A stretch of DNA of 60,968 nucleotides, taken from NCBI GenBank assembly GCA_029882525.1, contig JAOUKO010000002.1:1-60968 (forward strand). The letters run 5' to 3'. Shown in pieces: positions 15,586 through 26,300 of this stretch (position 1 is its first letter; every line of letters starts with the position of its first letter). The notes beneath the pieces are model-generated. The model had not been told where the DNA came from and ran no database searches. It saw nothing but the letters and a program-made list of their open reading frames with translations. The stretch comes from Candidatus Aminicenantes bacterium (GTDB lineage Bacteria; Acidobacteriota; Aminicenantia; Aminicenantales; Aminicenantaceae). Made by a program: the position numbers and the translations under genes.

Positions 15586-16158
15586 TTATGGCCGTCTTCT
15601 GACCCGAGTGCGGCCCTTCTCCATCTCCTGCTTGGCCAGAGCTTCGTCTCGCTGAGCTTTCTCGATCTGGAGAGAAGTCTCGGCGATCTGCTTCTGGATG
15701 CTGTTTCTATCTGTCATATCGTCCATGCTGTAGTATTCCTGCCACAGTCCGCGCAGCTTTATGGTCAGCAGCTCGGTGTATTCTCTGGCTTGATAATACT
15801 TTGCTTCGAGCTCTTCTATTGAGGGCTGGCCTGGCTCTCTTTGATCCACGCTGCTGTCCTGTTGAGTCCCTGGTCTGCTTATGTCTCCGGATTCAGTAGG
15901 TTCGGCTTGGTCTCTGGCGGAGGACATGTTCGCGGGTACTGGAGTTGTGCCGGAGGTCTCAAATCCGGAAATGGAGAGGGCAGGTCTTTTTCTCAACTTT
16001 CCCAGGTCAGCATTGGTGACAACTGCAAATTTCTTGCCTTTGAGCATGGCTCTTCGTTCTCTTTCCTTTTTGGCCAATTCAGTCAGGCTCTGGGAGAAGA
16101 GGAGGGAGGAAAAGAATAAAGGGAGAGAGACGCCTACTATGAACTTTTTAAGTCTCAT
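15586..16158 (-). CDS. Hypothetical secreted coiled-coil protein
   Basis: Start at MRLKKF (ATG 16158, AAGGA upstream). Signal peptide, a low-complexity middle, and a Glu/Lys-rich helical C-terminus. Confidence 0.55.
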   Translation of the reverse strand: MRLKKFIVGVSLPLFFSSLLFSQSLTELAKKERERRAMLKGKKFAVVTNADLGKLRKRPALSISGFETSGTTPVPANMSSARDQAEPTESGDISRPGTQQDSSVDQREPGQPSIEELEAKYYQAREYTELLTIKLRGLWQEYYSMDDMTDRNSIQKQIAETSLQIEKAQRDEALAKQEMEKGRTRVRRRP

Positions 16159-16241
16159 TTTTTCCTTTTCTCTGGGGCTTATTATATACGGTATGGATTC
16201 CTGTGTCAATCAGGGGAGAAGATGTTTCTCTCAAGTTTGAG

Positions 16242-16310
16242 GGACGGTTCTTGAACCGGGAAGGATAGGAGGGAAAAGGGATTATGATGGCTGGGGTTCA
16301 AGAACCGTCC
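16242..16310. repeat. 16-bp perfect inverted repeat with a 37-nt spacer
   Basis: GGACGGTTCTTGAACC at 16242-16257 pairs with GGTTCAAGAACCGTCC at 16295-16310, followed by TTTTATTT. It lies between comEC and the 15586-16158 gene. Confidence 0.6.
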
Positions 16311-16533
16311 TTTTATTTCATCTTTTAGCATTTAACTTGTGCTTCAAACATAAAATAATCCAGGTGAGTCAATATGTAAATCGCCTTTAAGGATGATTTT
16401 TGGAGTGATTTTTTTTAGTCCTCTATCACCGGGAAAGATGATGCGTACTCATCAGGAAACGGGGCAGTTTTTAGCCCTGATTATTTTTCTTTTTTATCCG
16501 ATGGAGGGTTGAGGCTTTAAGACAAGAAACCTG

Positions 16534-18921
16534 CTAATTTTTTGAACCTTCGGATGCTGTCCGGACGGATATTTTCTTCCCGTTCGTGGAGATTTCAACG
16601 GCTCCGTGGATATCAGTCCGGTAAACTTTTGCCCCTATCTCGCTGTATCTTTTCAAGACTTCTGAGTTGGGAAATCCATAGACGTTTCCCTCCCCTGCGG
16701 AGACAACCACAATTCTGGGGGAAACCCTCAGGAGGAAGCCTTCTGAGCTCGAGGAGGGACTTCCGTGATGCGGAGATTTGAGAACCTGGCTTTGGATATC
16801 CATGAAATTTTCCATGATCTCCTCCTCAGGATGGATGCCGATGTCACCCGGAAGAAGAAAGGAGATTTGCCCGTAGGTAAGCCTGAGGACGAGCGAGTCG
16901 TCGTTGTGGACTCCGGAAACGATCAGCTCTCCCCGTTCAGGATGGAGAACTTCGATCCTGACATCTTTAACTCGTTGCGAGTCGCCCCGAAAGAACCTTC
17001 TGGAACTCACCGACCCTGGAAGCATTCTCTTGAACTCTGTGTAATCTTCGCTCTCGCTGGGGCTGAAGGCCTCCCAGAATTCCCCTATTTTGAAGTTCTT
17101 GGAGACAGCTTTCAAGCCGTTGAGATGGTCTGGATGAGCATGGGTCAGGACCAAGTAGTCGATTTTCTTTATCCCTTTCTTCCACAGAAAAGGGGAAACA
17201 ATACTTTCTCCGATATCAAAGCTCCCTTCCGGGAATCCGCCTCCGTCGATAAGCATTTTTTTCTTACCCGGGAATTCGACGAGTATGGACTCTCCCTGCC
17301 CGACATCGATGATGGTGCATTTGAGATTCTTAGATAAGGAAGGAAAAGGATGAGTGATCAGGAAGAGAAAGAATGCCAGAAAACAGAGGGACAGGATCAA
17401 TTTCTGCCTTTTTATTCTCGAAGGCAGGAGAAAAAGGTAGAGAAAGAGAAAATAGCCGGCCAGAATGAGGAGATGGGGAGTGGGGATTCGATAGGAGATA
17501 AAGGAAAACCTGTCCAGGAGATGTGAACTGCGGATGAGGAGGCCTATGAGAAAATTTATTCCCTTCACCAGATGTTGGGCCAGAGCGGGGCTGAGGAGCG
17601 AGAGGGGGAGAAAGATGAAGCCAGAGGCCATGATCAAGGCGACAAGAGGCAGTGCGGCGAAATTCAGGAGAAGAGAGGAAAAAGTCACTCTGTTGAATGA
17701 ACTGGCCACAAAGGGCAGAACACCGAGTTGGGCAGTCAGGGAAAGAACAAATATTTCGCTGATTTTCAAGGGAAGGCGGGGAAAGTACTTGATGATCCGA
17801 GGGAAGAAGAGGATGATGGCCAGGGTGGCTGAGAAGGTCAGCTGGAAACCCAGGTTAAAGAGGCTGAACGGGTTCAGGAAAAGCAGGATGAAGGCGCTGA
17901 TGGAGATCGTGTTGATGAGGTTGACGTTTCTCCAGATGAGTTTGCTGAGGAGGAAGGCAAGGGTCATGATTGTTGCCCTCATGACTGAGGGCCTCCCTTC
18001 CACCAGAAAGGCATAAAACAGGAGAGAAGCCATCACCAGCAAGTAAGAAATCCGGGTGGGAATTCGCACAAGCCTGAAAAAGGAAAAGAGGAAAAAGGAA
18101 ATGATTGCGATATGGGCTCCAGATATGGCGAAAAGATGGTAGATTCCTGATTTCTGGAGGGATTGAGTGACGGAGGGGTTCATCCTTCCTCTTTCCCCCA
18201 GGAGGAGAGCTTCGAGGATGGCTCCTCGGGCAGAGATCTGGCGCTCGCCGGAGGCCGGAAAGTGTTCCTCGATTCTGTGCTGAAGATTCTGCCTGAGGAT
18301 GGACAGGAGCCGCAGAGGAGAGTATTTTTTCCCGGGCTTCAATTTCTCGACGAGGAGAGGGCTTTTGGAGATGGCTCTATGGTGGATGTTCTGTCCTTTG
18401 AGATAGGAAGTCATCGAGAATGTGCCGAAGTTTTGAAAGCCCTTTTGAGGGAGAAGACGGGCTGAGACCTTGACCTCATCCTGGGAGATGAGATCGGAAG
18501 GCAAAGGAAATTCTGATGAATGGAGTAAGGTGATCCTGATATTCCCCTTTACCTGGAGTTCTTCATTTTGATAAGAGACTCTCTCCACTCTTAAGTAAAG
18601 GAAGTCCCTGTCGAGTCCGCGAGAGGGAGACTTATACAGCTTTCCGTAGAAATCAGCATAAGAGGAGAGCGTCAGTCTGCGGAGAGAGTTGTTTTCGAAA
18701 TCCCTGTCGGCGAGGGTGTGCAGGCTGGCGCCGATGAAAAAAGTGGCCAGGAGGATGAAGGCGAAGCTTATTTTTTCTTTCCTGACAGAGAAGAGCAGCC
18801 AGGCAGAGGCAAGAGAAGCCAGCAGGGACAGAATCCAGCTGAGCAGGGAAAGGGAGAGAAAAGAAGAAAACAGGATGCCTGATGCGAGGGAAAGGGCGAG
18901 AAAAAGAAAAGGGAAAGACAT
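16534..18921 (-). CDS. comEC: DNA internalization-related competence protein ComEC/Rec2
   Basis: 795 aa with a polytopic membrane core and a C-terminal MBL domain (LVLTHAHPDH, SPHHGS). Confidence 0.85.
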   Translation of the reverse strand: MSFPFLFLALSLASGILFSSFLSLSLLSWILSLLASLASAWLLFSVRKEKISFAFILLATFFIGASLHTLADRDFENNSLRRLTLSSYADFYGKLYKSPSRGLDRDFLYLRVERVSYQNEELQVKGNIRITLLHSSEFPLPSDLISQDEVKVSARLLPQKGFQNFGTFSMTSYLKGQNIHHRAISKSPLLVEKLKPGKKYSPLRLLSILRQNLQHRIEEHFPASGERQISARGAILEALLLGERGRMNPSVTQSLQKSGIYHLFAISGAHIAIISFFLFSFFRLVRIPTRISYLLVMASLLFYAFLVEGRPSVMRATIMTLAFLLSKLIWRNVNLINTISISAFILLFLNPFSLFNLGFQLTFSATLAIILFFPRIIKYFPRLPLKISEIFVLSLTAQLGVLPFVASSFNRVTFSSLLLNFAALPLVALIMASGFIFLPLSLLSPALAQHLVKGINFLIGLLIRSSHLLDRFSFISYRIPTPHLLILAGYFLFLYLFLLPSRIKRQKLILSLCFLAFFLFLITHPFPSLSKNLKCTIIDVGQGESILVEFPGKKKMLIDGGGFPEGSFDIGESIVSPFLWKKGIKKIDYLVLTHAHPDHLNGLKAVSKNFKIGEFWEAFSPSESEDYTEFKRMLPGSVSSRRFFRGDSQRVKDVRIEVLHPERGELIVSGVHNDDSLVLRLTYGQISFLLPGDIGIHPEEEIMENFMDIQSQVLKSPHHGSPSSSSEGFLLRVSPRIVVVSAGEGNVYGFPNSEVLKRYSEIGAKVYRTDIHGAVEISTNGKKISVRTASEGSKN

Positions 18922-19268
18922 CGGACGAAGGGCTACGGCGGATTCCTTTCCGGGTAGTTCTGCTTGTCGAGATTGTCAAAGCAGCGAATTTTCACCCGCC
19001 TATCTTAGAATCGCCCTGTAAGAAAGTCAATATTATTGCCGGAGTTGCAAGCATTTTCCATTCCCCAGCAGAAGACAAAAAAAGAGTTCAAGGTGGTGTT
19101 TCGAGAACACGTTGGTTTTGCCCCAGCGAGACCAGCACGCGATTTTCTTGACATCCACCCTGAGCCAGTTTGTATCCCGGGAAAAAGATGCTTTGCCTTT
19201 AGCTCTCTCGATTCTTTCATTAGTCTGGGTCCATGAGGATGGATATGCTCCAGAGAGGATAAGAAGAG

Positions 19269-20885
19269 TCAGAGAGAGACTGTTTCCTGAAAGGCTCCAT
19301 AGATATCCTTGAGGAGGGAGGAAATCTCGCCCAGAGTCGCCCTGGCTTTTACGGCCTCGATAATGGGAGGGACAAGGTTTTCTTCGGATTCAACGGCTTT
19401 TTTTAATGCCTCCAGCCGGATTTTGACCTGTTTGTCTGACCGCTTTGCCTTAAGGGAAAGGAGCTTCTTGACCTGAGTTTTCTCGATTTTTTCAGGTGGA
19501 GAATAGAGGCTGAAGCGGATTTGCTCTTCTTTGTTCCGGAATTCGTTCAGTCCAACGATGATCTCTTCTTTGCTTTCCACCTGCTTTTGATACCTGTAGG
19601 CGCTTTCCTGAATCTCTTTCTGGATGAATCCTTTTTCAATGGCGGTGAGCATTCCTCCCAGCTCTTCGATTTTTCTGAGGTATTCCTGGACTTTTTTTTC
19701 GATCTGGTTGGTCAGGCTCTCAATGTAAAAAGAGCCTCCCATCGGGTCGACAGTATCAGCCACGCCGCTTTCGTAGGCGATGATCTGTTGAGTCCTGAGA
19801 GCTATTTGGGCTGATTCCTCGCTCGGAAGCGCAAGTGCCTCATCTCTGGAATTGGTGTGGAGGGACTGAGTGCCGCCCAAGACTGCAGCCAGAGCTTGAA
19901 GCGCGACCCGGACCACATTGTTGTCAGGCTGCTGGGCAAGAAGAGTCACTCCACTTGTCTGAGTATGGAACCTTAATTTCCAGGCGAGGGGATTTTTTGC
20001 CTTGAATTTCTCTTTCATCAGTCTAGCCCACAAACGTCTTGCCGCTCTGAATTTCGCGATTTCTTCGAAGAAGTTGTTGTGGCAGGCAAGGAAAAAGGAA
20101 AGGCGGGGGGCGAAGGTGTCTACATCGAGTCCTGACTTCATGGCGGCCTCGACATAGGTCAGCGCATTGGCCAGGGTAAAAGCGAGCTCCTGGACAGCGG
20201 TGGCGCCTGCTTCCCTGATGTGGTAGCCGCTGATACTCATCGTGTTCCAGTTGGGAACGTTTTTATGGCAGAAGGCAAGGATGTCTGTGATGATCTTCAA
20301 AGATGCCTGAGGAGGATAGATGTACGTTCCCCGGGCAATGTATTCTTTAAGGACATCGTTCTGGATGGTGCCGGAGAGTTTGGTCCATTTGATTCCTTTT
20401 TTTTCAGCCAGGACGAGGTACATGGCCAGAATAATGGCGGCTGTGGAGTTGATGGTCATGGAGACGCTGATCCTGTCCAGCGGAATATCCCTGAAAAGGG
20501 TTTCCATATCCTCGAGGGAGTCGATGGCCACACCGACCTTTCCCACCTCCCCTTGGGAGAGAGGATGGTCTGAGTCCAGGCCCAGTTGAGTGGGCAGGTC
20601 AAAGGCAACGCTTATCCCCGTCTGACCTTGAGAGAGGAGAAAGCGGTATCTCTTGTTGGATTCTTCAGCTGTGCCGAAGCCAGCATACTGGCGCATGGTC
20701 CACAGCTTTCCCCTGTACATGGTGGGGTAGACGCCCCTTGTAAACGGATATTCTCCGGGCTGGCCCAGCTCTTGAGAGGTATCGAAGCCGGAAAACTCTT
20801 TTTCCGTGTAAACGCGCTTGATATCTATCCGGGATGATGTACAAAATTTCTGTTTTCGCTTTTTGTCTATGGTCATGGTCTGCAA
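19269..20885 (-). CDS. Methylmalonyl-CoA mutase family, catalytic (N-terminal) subunit without a B12-binding domain
   Basis: [35 protein letters not shown] and [10 protein letters not shown]. At 538 aa it ends before the cobalamin-binding domain. Confidence 0.85.
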   Translation of the reverse strand: MQTMTIDKKRKQKFCTSSRIDIKRVYTEKEFSGFDTSQELGQPGEYPFTRGVYPTMYRGKLWTMRQYAGFGTAEESNKRYRFLLSQGQTGISVAFDLPTQLGLDSDHPLSQGEVGKVGVAIDSLEDMETLFRDIPLDRISVSMTINSTAAIILAMYLVLAEKKGIKWTKLSGTIQNDVLKEYIARGTYIYPPQASLKIITDILAFCHKNVPNWNTMSISGYHIREAGATAVQELAFTLANALTYVEAAMKSGLDVDTFAPRLSFFLACHNNFFEEIAKFRAARRLWARLMKEKFKAKNPLAWKLRFHTQTSGVTLLAQQPDNNVVRVALQALAAVLGGTQSLHTNSRDEALALPSEESAQIALRTQQIIAYESGVADTVDPMGGSFYIESLTNQIEKKVQEYLRKIEELGGMLTAIEKGFIQKEIQESAYRYQKQVESKEEIIVGLNEFRNKEEQIRFSLYSPPEKIEKTQVKKLLSLKAKRSDKQVKIRLEALKKAVESEENLVPPIIEAVKARATLGEISSLLKDIYGAFQETVSL

Positions 20886-20984
20886 ACACGAAAGTGGTGA
20901 TTCTTTCCGTTCATGACTCAGACGAAGGTCAAGGGTGTTGTTTTTTTATTGAAAACGGCTTCAGACCTTGAATTCCGTTTCCAT

Positions 20985-22334
<1,350 letters not shown>

Positions 22335-22355
22335 CTATTCCGGGGCGGATGCGAC

Positions 22356-22673
22356 TTATTTTTTTGCTGGCTCAGACTCTGCCGGCTTCTTCAAGATCTC
22401 TGATTTCTTCTTCTCGACAAAATCCTTTATGGTGTCGATTCCTTCGGCGGTTTTCTGCCTGACGACGGCTATCGCTTTTTCAGCTTCTTTGGCGACTTTC
22501 TCGTAGCTTTCCTTCGCCTTCTCTCCGGTTTTGACTGCGCTATCCTGGATTTTTTTGCGTGTTTCCGCTCCGCTTGCCGGTGCGAAAAGGATGCCCAGAA
22601 CAAACCCTGTGGCTGTGCCGATCAGGAACGATACAGCAGCTTCCAGAAAACATGAATTCCTATTATCTGCCAT
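22356..22673 (-). CDS. YtxH domain protein
   Basis: GTATGFVLGILFAPASGAETRKKI is the YtxH N-terminal signature, followed by a Lys/Glu-rich helical remainder. Confidence 0.7.
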   Translation of the reverse strand: MADNRNSCFLEAAVSFLIGTATGFVLGILFAPASGAETRKKIQDSAVKTGEKAKESYEKVAKEAEKAIAVVRQKTAEGIDTIKDFVEKKKSEILKKPAESEPAKK

Positions 22674-23037
22674 TTTTTCTCTCCTTTCTTTTTTTCTTTA
22701 TTTGCCGCCAACCAAAACGAAGAATGGGAAATAAGAGAGGCCAGTATTTAGAGGAGGGCCTGATGACTTTTGATGTCAGAAACCAGGTTATTTCTGAGAG
22801 TCCGAGCGCTGTTTTTTTGGTGGCCTCGATCGCAAGGCTTATGTCGTCCATTTTTTCCTTGAGTTTCTTGTCCGTCTCCCTCAGATTCCGGACGAGCTCT
22901 CGAACCTCGATGAGCGTATCTCCACCCTCCTTGGCGGTCCTTCGGAGCTGGAGGATGAGAGAGACAAGAAAAGTGACGAATACGACAACAGCAATAGTGA
23001 TAACAAGGAACAAAAATTGGTTTAGGGTCAGCGACAT
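22663..23037 (-). CDS. DUF948-like small membrane protein
   Basis: Single N-terminal TM helix followed by a helical region (LIEVRELVRNLRETDKKLKEKMDD). It is paired with a YtxH gene, as in the Firmicute ytx loci. The assignment rests on pattern only. Confidence 0.5.
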   Translation of the reverse strand: MSLTLNQFLFLVITIAVVVFVTFLVSLILQLRRTAKEGGDTLIEVRELVRNLRETDKKLKEKMDDISLAIEATKKTALGLSEITWFLTSKVIRPSSKYWPLLFPILRFGWRQIKKKRKERKNGR

Positions 23038-23093
23038 GGTAACTACATAGATAAACTAAAAGCTTGAGTTTGTCAAATGTAAGGTCATAAAAG

Positions 23094-23302
23094 CATCTCA
23101 ACCGGCCGAAACGGCTTCCCTTGAGGGACAACATCGTTGCGAAGAAACGATGTTGGGGGAATCCAAGGGGGTATGCCCTCTTGGTCGCAGGACGCTTGAT
23201 GGCGTCCGAGAAGGGGAGGCAGCGAGCTGTGAGAAGGCAGGCGAGCGTTGGAAGGGGGAAAGCGGAGCTGTCCCCCCTCCAAGGAGTTTCAGGAAGGCTA
23301 AA
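23094..23302. repeat. E-family repeat (E2) with a 159-bp hairpin-rich insert
   Basis: Modules at 23094-23128 and 23288-23302 match 396-433 and 437-451. The insert contains CAACATCGTT-gcgaag-AAACGATGTTG, CCAAGGGG-gtatg-CCCTCTTGG and GGACGC-ttgat-GGCGTCC. Confidence 0.45.
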
Positions 23303-23381
23303 CCTGAAAGGTCGCCTCGGATCTTTCCAAAAACATTTCTACTCTTCTTGGATATAAAGGATTTGGAAGTGCTTTAAGGGC

Positions 23382-23750
23382 TATCTCTATATCCGTGATA
23401 AGGGCAACATCTGATCTAATGTAAACGCAGTAAATAAGGCTGCAATCTCTGTGCGGCCTGAAGCCGCCCTCAGTCCCCGAACCCCCGAGGGAACCTGTCC
23501 CGTCAGTTCCCCCCGTCGGATAAGCCGACGGGTCCCCCCTCCGCTACGGGGGCTCGAGGGCGGCATCCAGGCCCGCTCAAGAGAGGATGTCACACGAATT
23601 ATTGGGTTGATATGAGTTGGGAAGAGTGGCGCCGGTTCCCCTCCATCCTCACCAAGACCCTCCCACCCTCCACCATAGGCTCCGGATGGAGGGGAACCGG
23701 CGCTTTAACAGATTACACCTCCATGATTAATTGTCACGGAAATAGATATG
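23382..23750 (-). repeat. Mosaic palindromic repeat, copy 3 (long form, inverted relative to copy 1)
   Basis: Collinear reverse complement of 2095-2463 and the same 369-bp length. Hairpin B at 23457-23571. Hairpin A has 20-bp perfect stems at 23629-23648 and 23684-23703. The 35-nt loop (23649-23683) is flipped relative to copy 1. Confidence 0.85.
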
Positions 23751-23766
23751 ATTCCCTGATAAGAGA

Positions 23767-24345
23767 CTATTTCCAGAGGACTTTACGAATCTCGACAAGA
23801 TTGTACTCGTTCTCGATTTTTTTGAAAATCTGAGGGTAACTCTCTTCTTTTTTAGATTCCTGGGCCTGTTCCCATTCTCTAAACAGGGATGACGGAATGA
23901 ACTCAAAATATTTTTTCAGAGTTCTGTTGATGCCTCTGAGAGCCTGCCAGTGGGTGATCATCAGCAGAGCCAGGACACCGAAGAAGACGTTCGGGCCGGG
24001 GAGGAAGGCGGCCAATCCGCTTATGGGAAGAAGGAGGGTCTCTCCGACCAGCAGGAGTATGTGTTTGGTCCTCTGCCTTTGGAGGAAGAAGTAAAACTTT
24101 GTTTTTATTTTTTTGTTATCAGGCTTTCCGGAATAGAATATCTGGATTTTATCCTCATTGAATTTCAGGATTTTTCCGAATGCCTGCTCCTGCCTCAGGA
24201 TTCTTTGAGGGAGAAGCATCAGCTTTTTTTTGGCCAGCTCCCAGAATTCTTTCCAGCGCGAGGTTTTGATCTGGATTTGGCTGATTGGGTCGGAGGAGAA
24301 ATACCTGTATCTATGCCTGTAGTCGCGGATAAAAAAGAATCTCAT
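23767..24345 (-). CDS. Hypothetical membrane protein
   Basis: 192-aa ORF with a central hydrophobic hairpin (LLLVGETLLLPISGLAAFLPGPNVFFGVLALLMI). I recognise no family. Confidence 0.5.
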   Translation of the reverse strand: MRFFFIRDYRHRYRYFSSDPISQIQIKTSRWKEFWELAKKKLMLLPQRILRQEQAFGKILKFNEDKIQIFYSGKPDNKKIKTKFYFFLQRQRTKHILLLVGETLLLPISGLAAFLPGPNVFFGVLALLMITHWQALRGINRTLKKYFEFIPSSLFREWEQAQESKKEESYPQIFKKIENEYNLVEIRKVLWK

Positions 24346-24396
24346 CGGAAGGAATCATTTTAGCATTTCGAGTGAAGGCCGGGCAAGGAATTCAAA

Positions 24397-25395
24397 CTAG
24401 CGGCGCTGGCTCAGCAGATAGATGAAAAAGGGAGCGCCCACAGCGGCAGTGATGATTCCGATCGGCAGCTCGGTGGGAAAAAGGAATGTGCGAGCCAGGA
24501 GGTCTGAATAGACGAGAAAGACCCCTCCTGTTAAGGAAGAAAAGAAGAAAAGATGCCTGTGGTCAGGGCCGATGAGGATACGAACCCAATGGGGAACGAC
24601 CAGCCCGATAAAACCGATGATTCCGCAGACAGAAACCGATGATGCCGCAAGCAGGGTGGATAGAACCAGGAAGGTCTTTCTCATCCGGCTCACCGGGCAT
24701 CCAAGGGCTTGAGCGGTTTCATCTCCTTGAACAAGAAGGTTCATGTCCTTGGCCAGCCACTGGGCCACGACAAAACACACCAGAAAATAGGGGAGCACCG
24801 CAGTGATGTGTTTCCAGTCGGCGAGTTGAAAGCTGCCCAGGAGCCAGAAGACGGCCTGTTCGTATGACTCCGATTTGAAGAAGATCAAAAAGGATGTCAG
24901 AGCCGAGGCCAGGGCGCCGGCAGCGATCCCTGTCAGAAGCAGGGTTTCCACTTTGAAAACTCCTTTTCTCTGAGAAAGGAGATAAACAAGGAAGACGATA
25001 CCGAAACCAGAAGCGAAAGCAAACAGGCTCTGGAGAGAGAGGCCGAGGAATGAGATGTTCCAACCGAGGTAAATACAGAGAACTGCGCCAAAGGAAGCGC
25101 CGGATGAAACGCCGACCACAAACGGCCCTGCCATCGGATTCTGGAAGTAACCCTGGAGGATTGCCCCCGAGAGGGAGAGACTGGCGCCGACCAGGAAAGC
25201 CAGGAGTGCGCGAGACAGCCTGAGGTCAATGAGAATTATCTTGAGATTTTCATCGCCTTGACCTTGGAACACAAAGCCAAACAAGTCCTTCAGATCGGTC
25301 TCCACAGGGCCCTCGAGGAGAGAAAGAAGAAAGCCCAGGACAAAAAGGAAAAGCAGACCGGAGAGGAGAATCCGTCTTTTTGAATTCGGCCTCAT
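24397..25395 (-). CDS. FecCD/BtuC-family ABC importer permease
   Basis: Polytopic protein ending in the GAPFFIYLL motif typical of the FecCD family. ATGA overlap with the upstream binding-protein gene when the start is taken at MRPNSK. Confidence 0.8.
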   Translation of the reverse strand: MRPNSKRRILLSGLLFLFVLGFLLSLLEGPVETDLKDLFGFVFQGQGDENLKIILIDLRLSRALLAFLVGASLSLSGAILQGYFQNPMAGPFVVGVSSGASFGAVLCIYLGWNISFLGLSLQSLFAFASGFGIVFLVYLLSQRKGVFKVETLLLTGIAAGALASALTSFLIFFKSESYEQAVFWLLGSFQLADWKHITAVLPYFLVCFVVAQWLAKDMNLLVQGDETAQALGCPVSRMRKTFLVLSTLLAASSVSVCGIIGFIGLVVPHWVRILIGPDHRHLFFFSSLTGGVFLVYSDLLARTFLFPTELPIGIITAAVGAPFFIYLLSQRR

Positions 25396-26300
25396 CTTTC
25401 CCTTTCGAAGCATTGGGGATGGAGAAGGCGCGCCAGCTCTTCGAGCGCATCCACGAGACGGGGCCCAGGTCTTGTGGCCAGGTTTTCGTCCAAAAAGTAT
25501 ATCCTGTCGGATGCGACTGCTTGTATCCCTTTAAGATGAGCCTCGCTTTTTATCCAGTCTCTGGTTTTCAAGAAATCTTCCTCGGACTTGGAGAGAACGA
25601 TGATGGCCTCCGGGTTTTCATGGATGAGCTGTTCCCGGTTGAAATTAAGCCATTTCCTGGAAATGCGGCCGGCGATGTTCACACCCCTTGCTTTCTGGAT
25701 AAGGTCATGGAGGAAGCTTTCCTTTCCGCAGGTCCAGAAGCCTACGCCATGGAGAGAGAGGAAGACTTTCGGCTCATGCTTGACCTCCCGGAGAGATGAG
25801 AGGACCCTATCGTATCTTTCTCTCAAGGATTGGATGAGGGCCTCCGCCTTTTGCTCATTATGGCTGACCATTCCCACTTTCTGGATGATGGAAAAAAGGG
25901 ACTCGATATTCGTCCCCATCTCAAGGACATACAGAGGAAGATGAAGGGCTCTGAGACGCTCAAGCGTCCTTAGAGGGTTCCCCCGGAAACCGATGATCAG
26001 GTCCGGGTTAAGAGCTTTTATCTTTTCCAGGTTCGGGTCGACCATTCCCCCGATCTTCTCTTTTTTCAATGCTTCTTCGGGAAAATCGCAGAAGCGGGTG
26101 ACGCCGACAACTTTTTCACCTAAGCCGAGGGCAAACAGGATTTCCGTGATGTTGGGAGTTAAAGAAATAATACGCTGAGGAGGTGAGTTCAACCTGAAGG
26201 TAAAGCCGAGGTCATCCTTGATGATCTTTTCCTGGATTCCGAGAACAGGGCTGTTCAAGGAGATGAGGAGGAGCACGATAGCTGTCTTTTTCCGTTTCAT
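25392..26300 (-). CDS. Periplasmic substrate-binding protein, BtuF/siderophore class (cluster A)
   Basis: Signal peptide, RIISLTPNITEILFALG, DLIIG. Its position between the ATPase and the permease fits. Confidence 0.75.
   Translation of the reverse strand: MKRKKTAIVLLLISLNSPVLGIQEKIIKDDLGFTFRLNSPPQRIISLTPNITEILFALGLGEKVVGVTRFCDFPEEALKKEKIGGMVDPNLEKIKALNPDLIIGFRGNPLRTLERLRALHLPLYVLEMGTNIESLFSIIQKVGMVSHNEQKAEALIQSLRERYDRVLSSLREVKHEPKVFLSLHGVGFWTCGKESFLHDLIQKARGVNIAGRISRKWLNFNREQLIHENPEAIIVLSKSEEDFLKTRDWIKSEAHLKGIQAVASDRIYFLDENLATRPGPRLVDALEELARLLHPQCFERER

Noticed and set aside
20886-20984. Hairpin GAAACGG...CCGTTTC downstream of eno as an intrinsic terminator.
   Set aside because: In the direction of eno transcription the stem is followed by an A-run rather than a U-run. 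On the plus strand the T-run precedes the stem.
23387-23593. Arg/Gly-rich ORFs encoded by the B element (MTSSLERAWMPPSSPRSGGGTRRLIRRGE...). Another occurs at 57763-58008, with related frames in copies 1 and 2.
   Set aside because: The starts are GTG or TTG with no RBS. A 1-nt G-run difference (TCGGGGTCC versus TCGGGGGTCC) shifts the frame between copies, so they end differently. The similarity simply reflects repeated GC-rich palindromic DNA.
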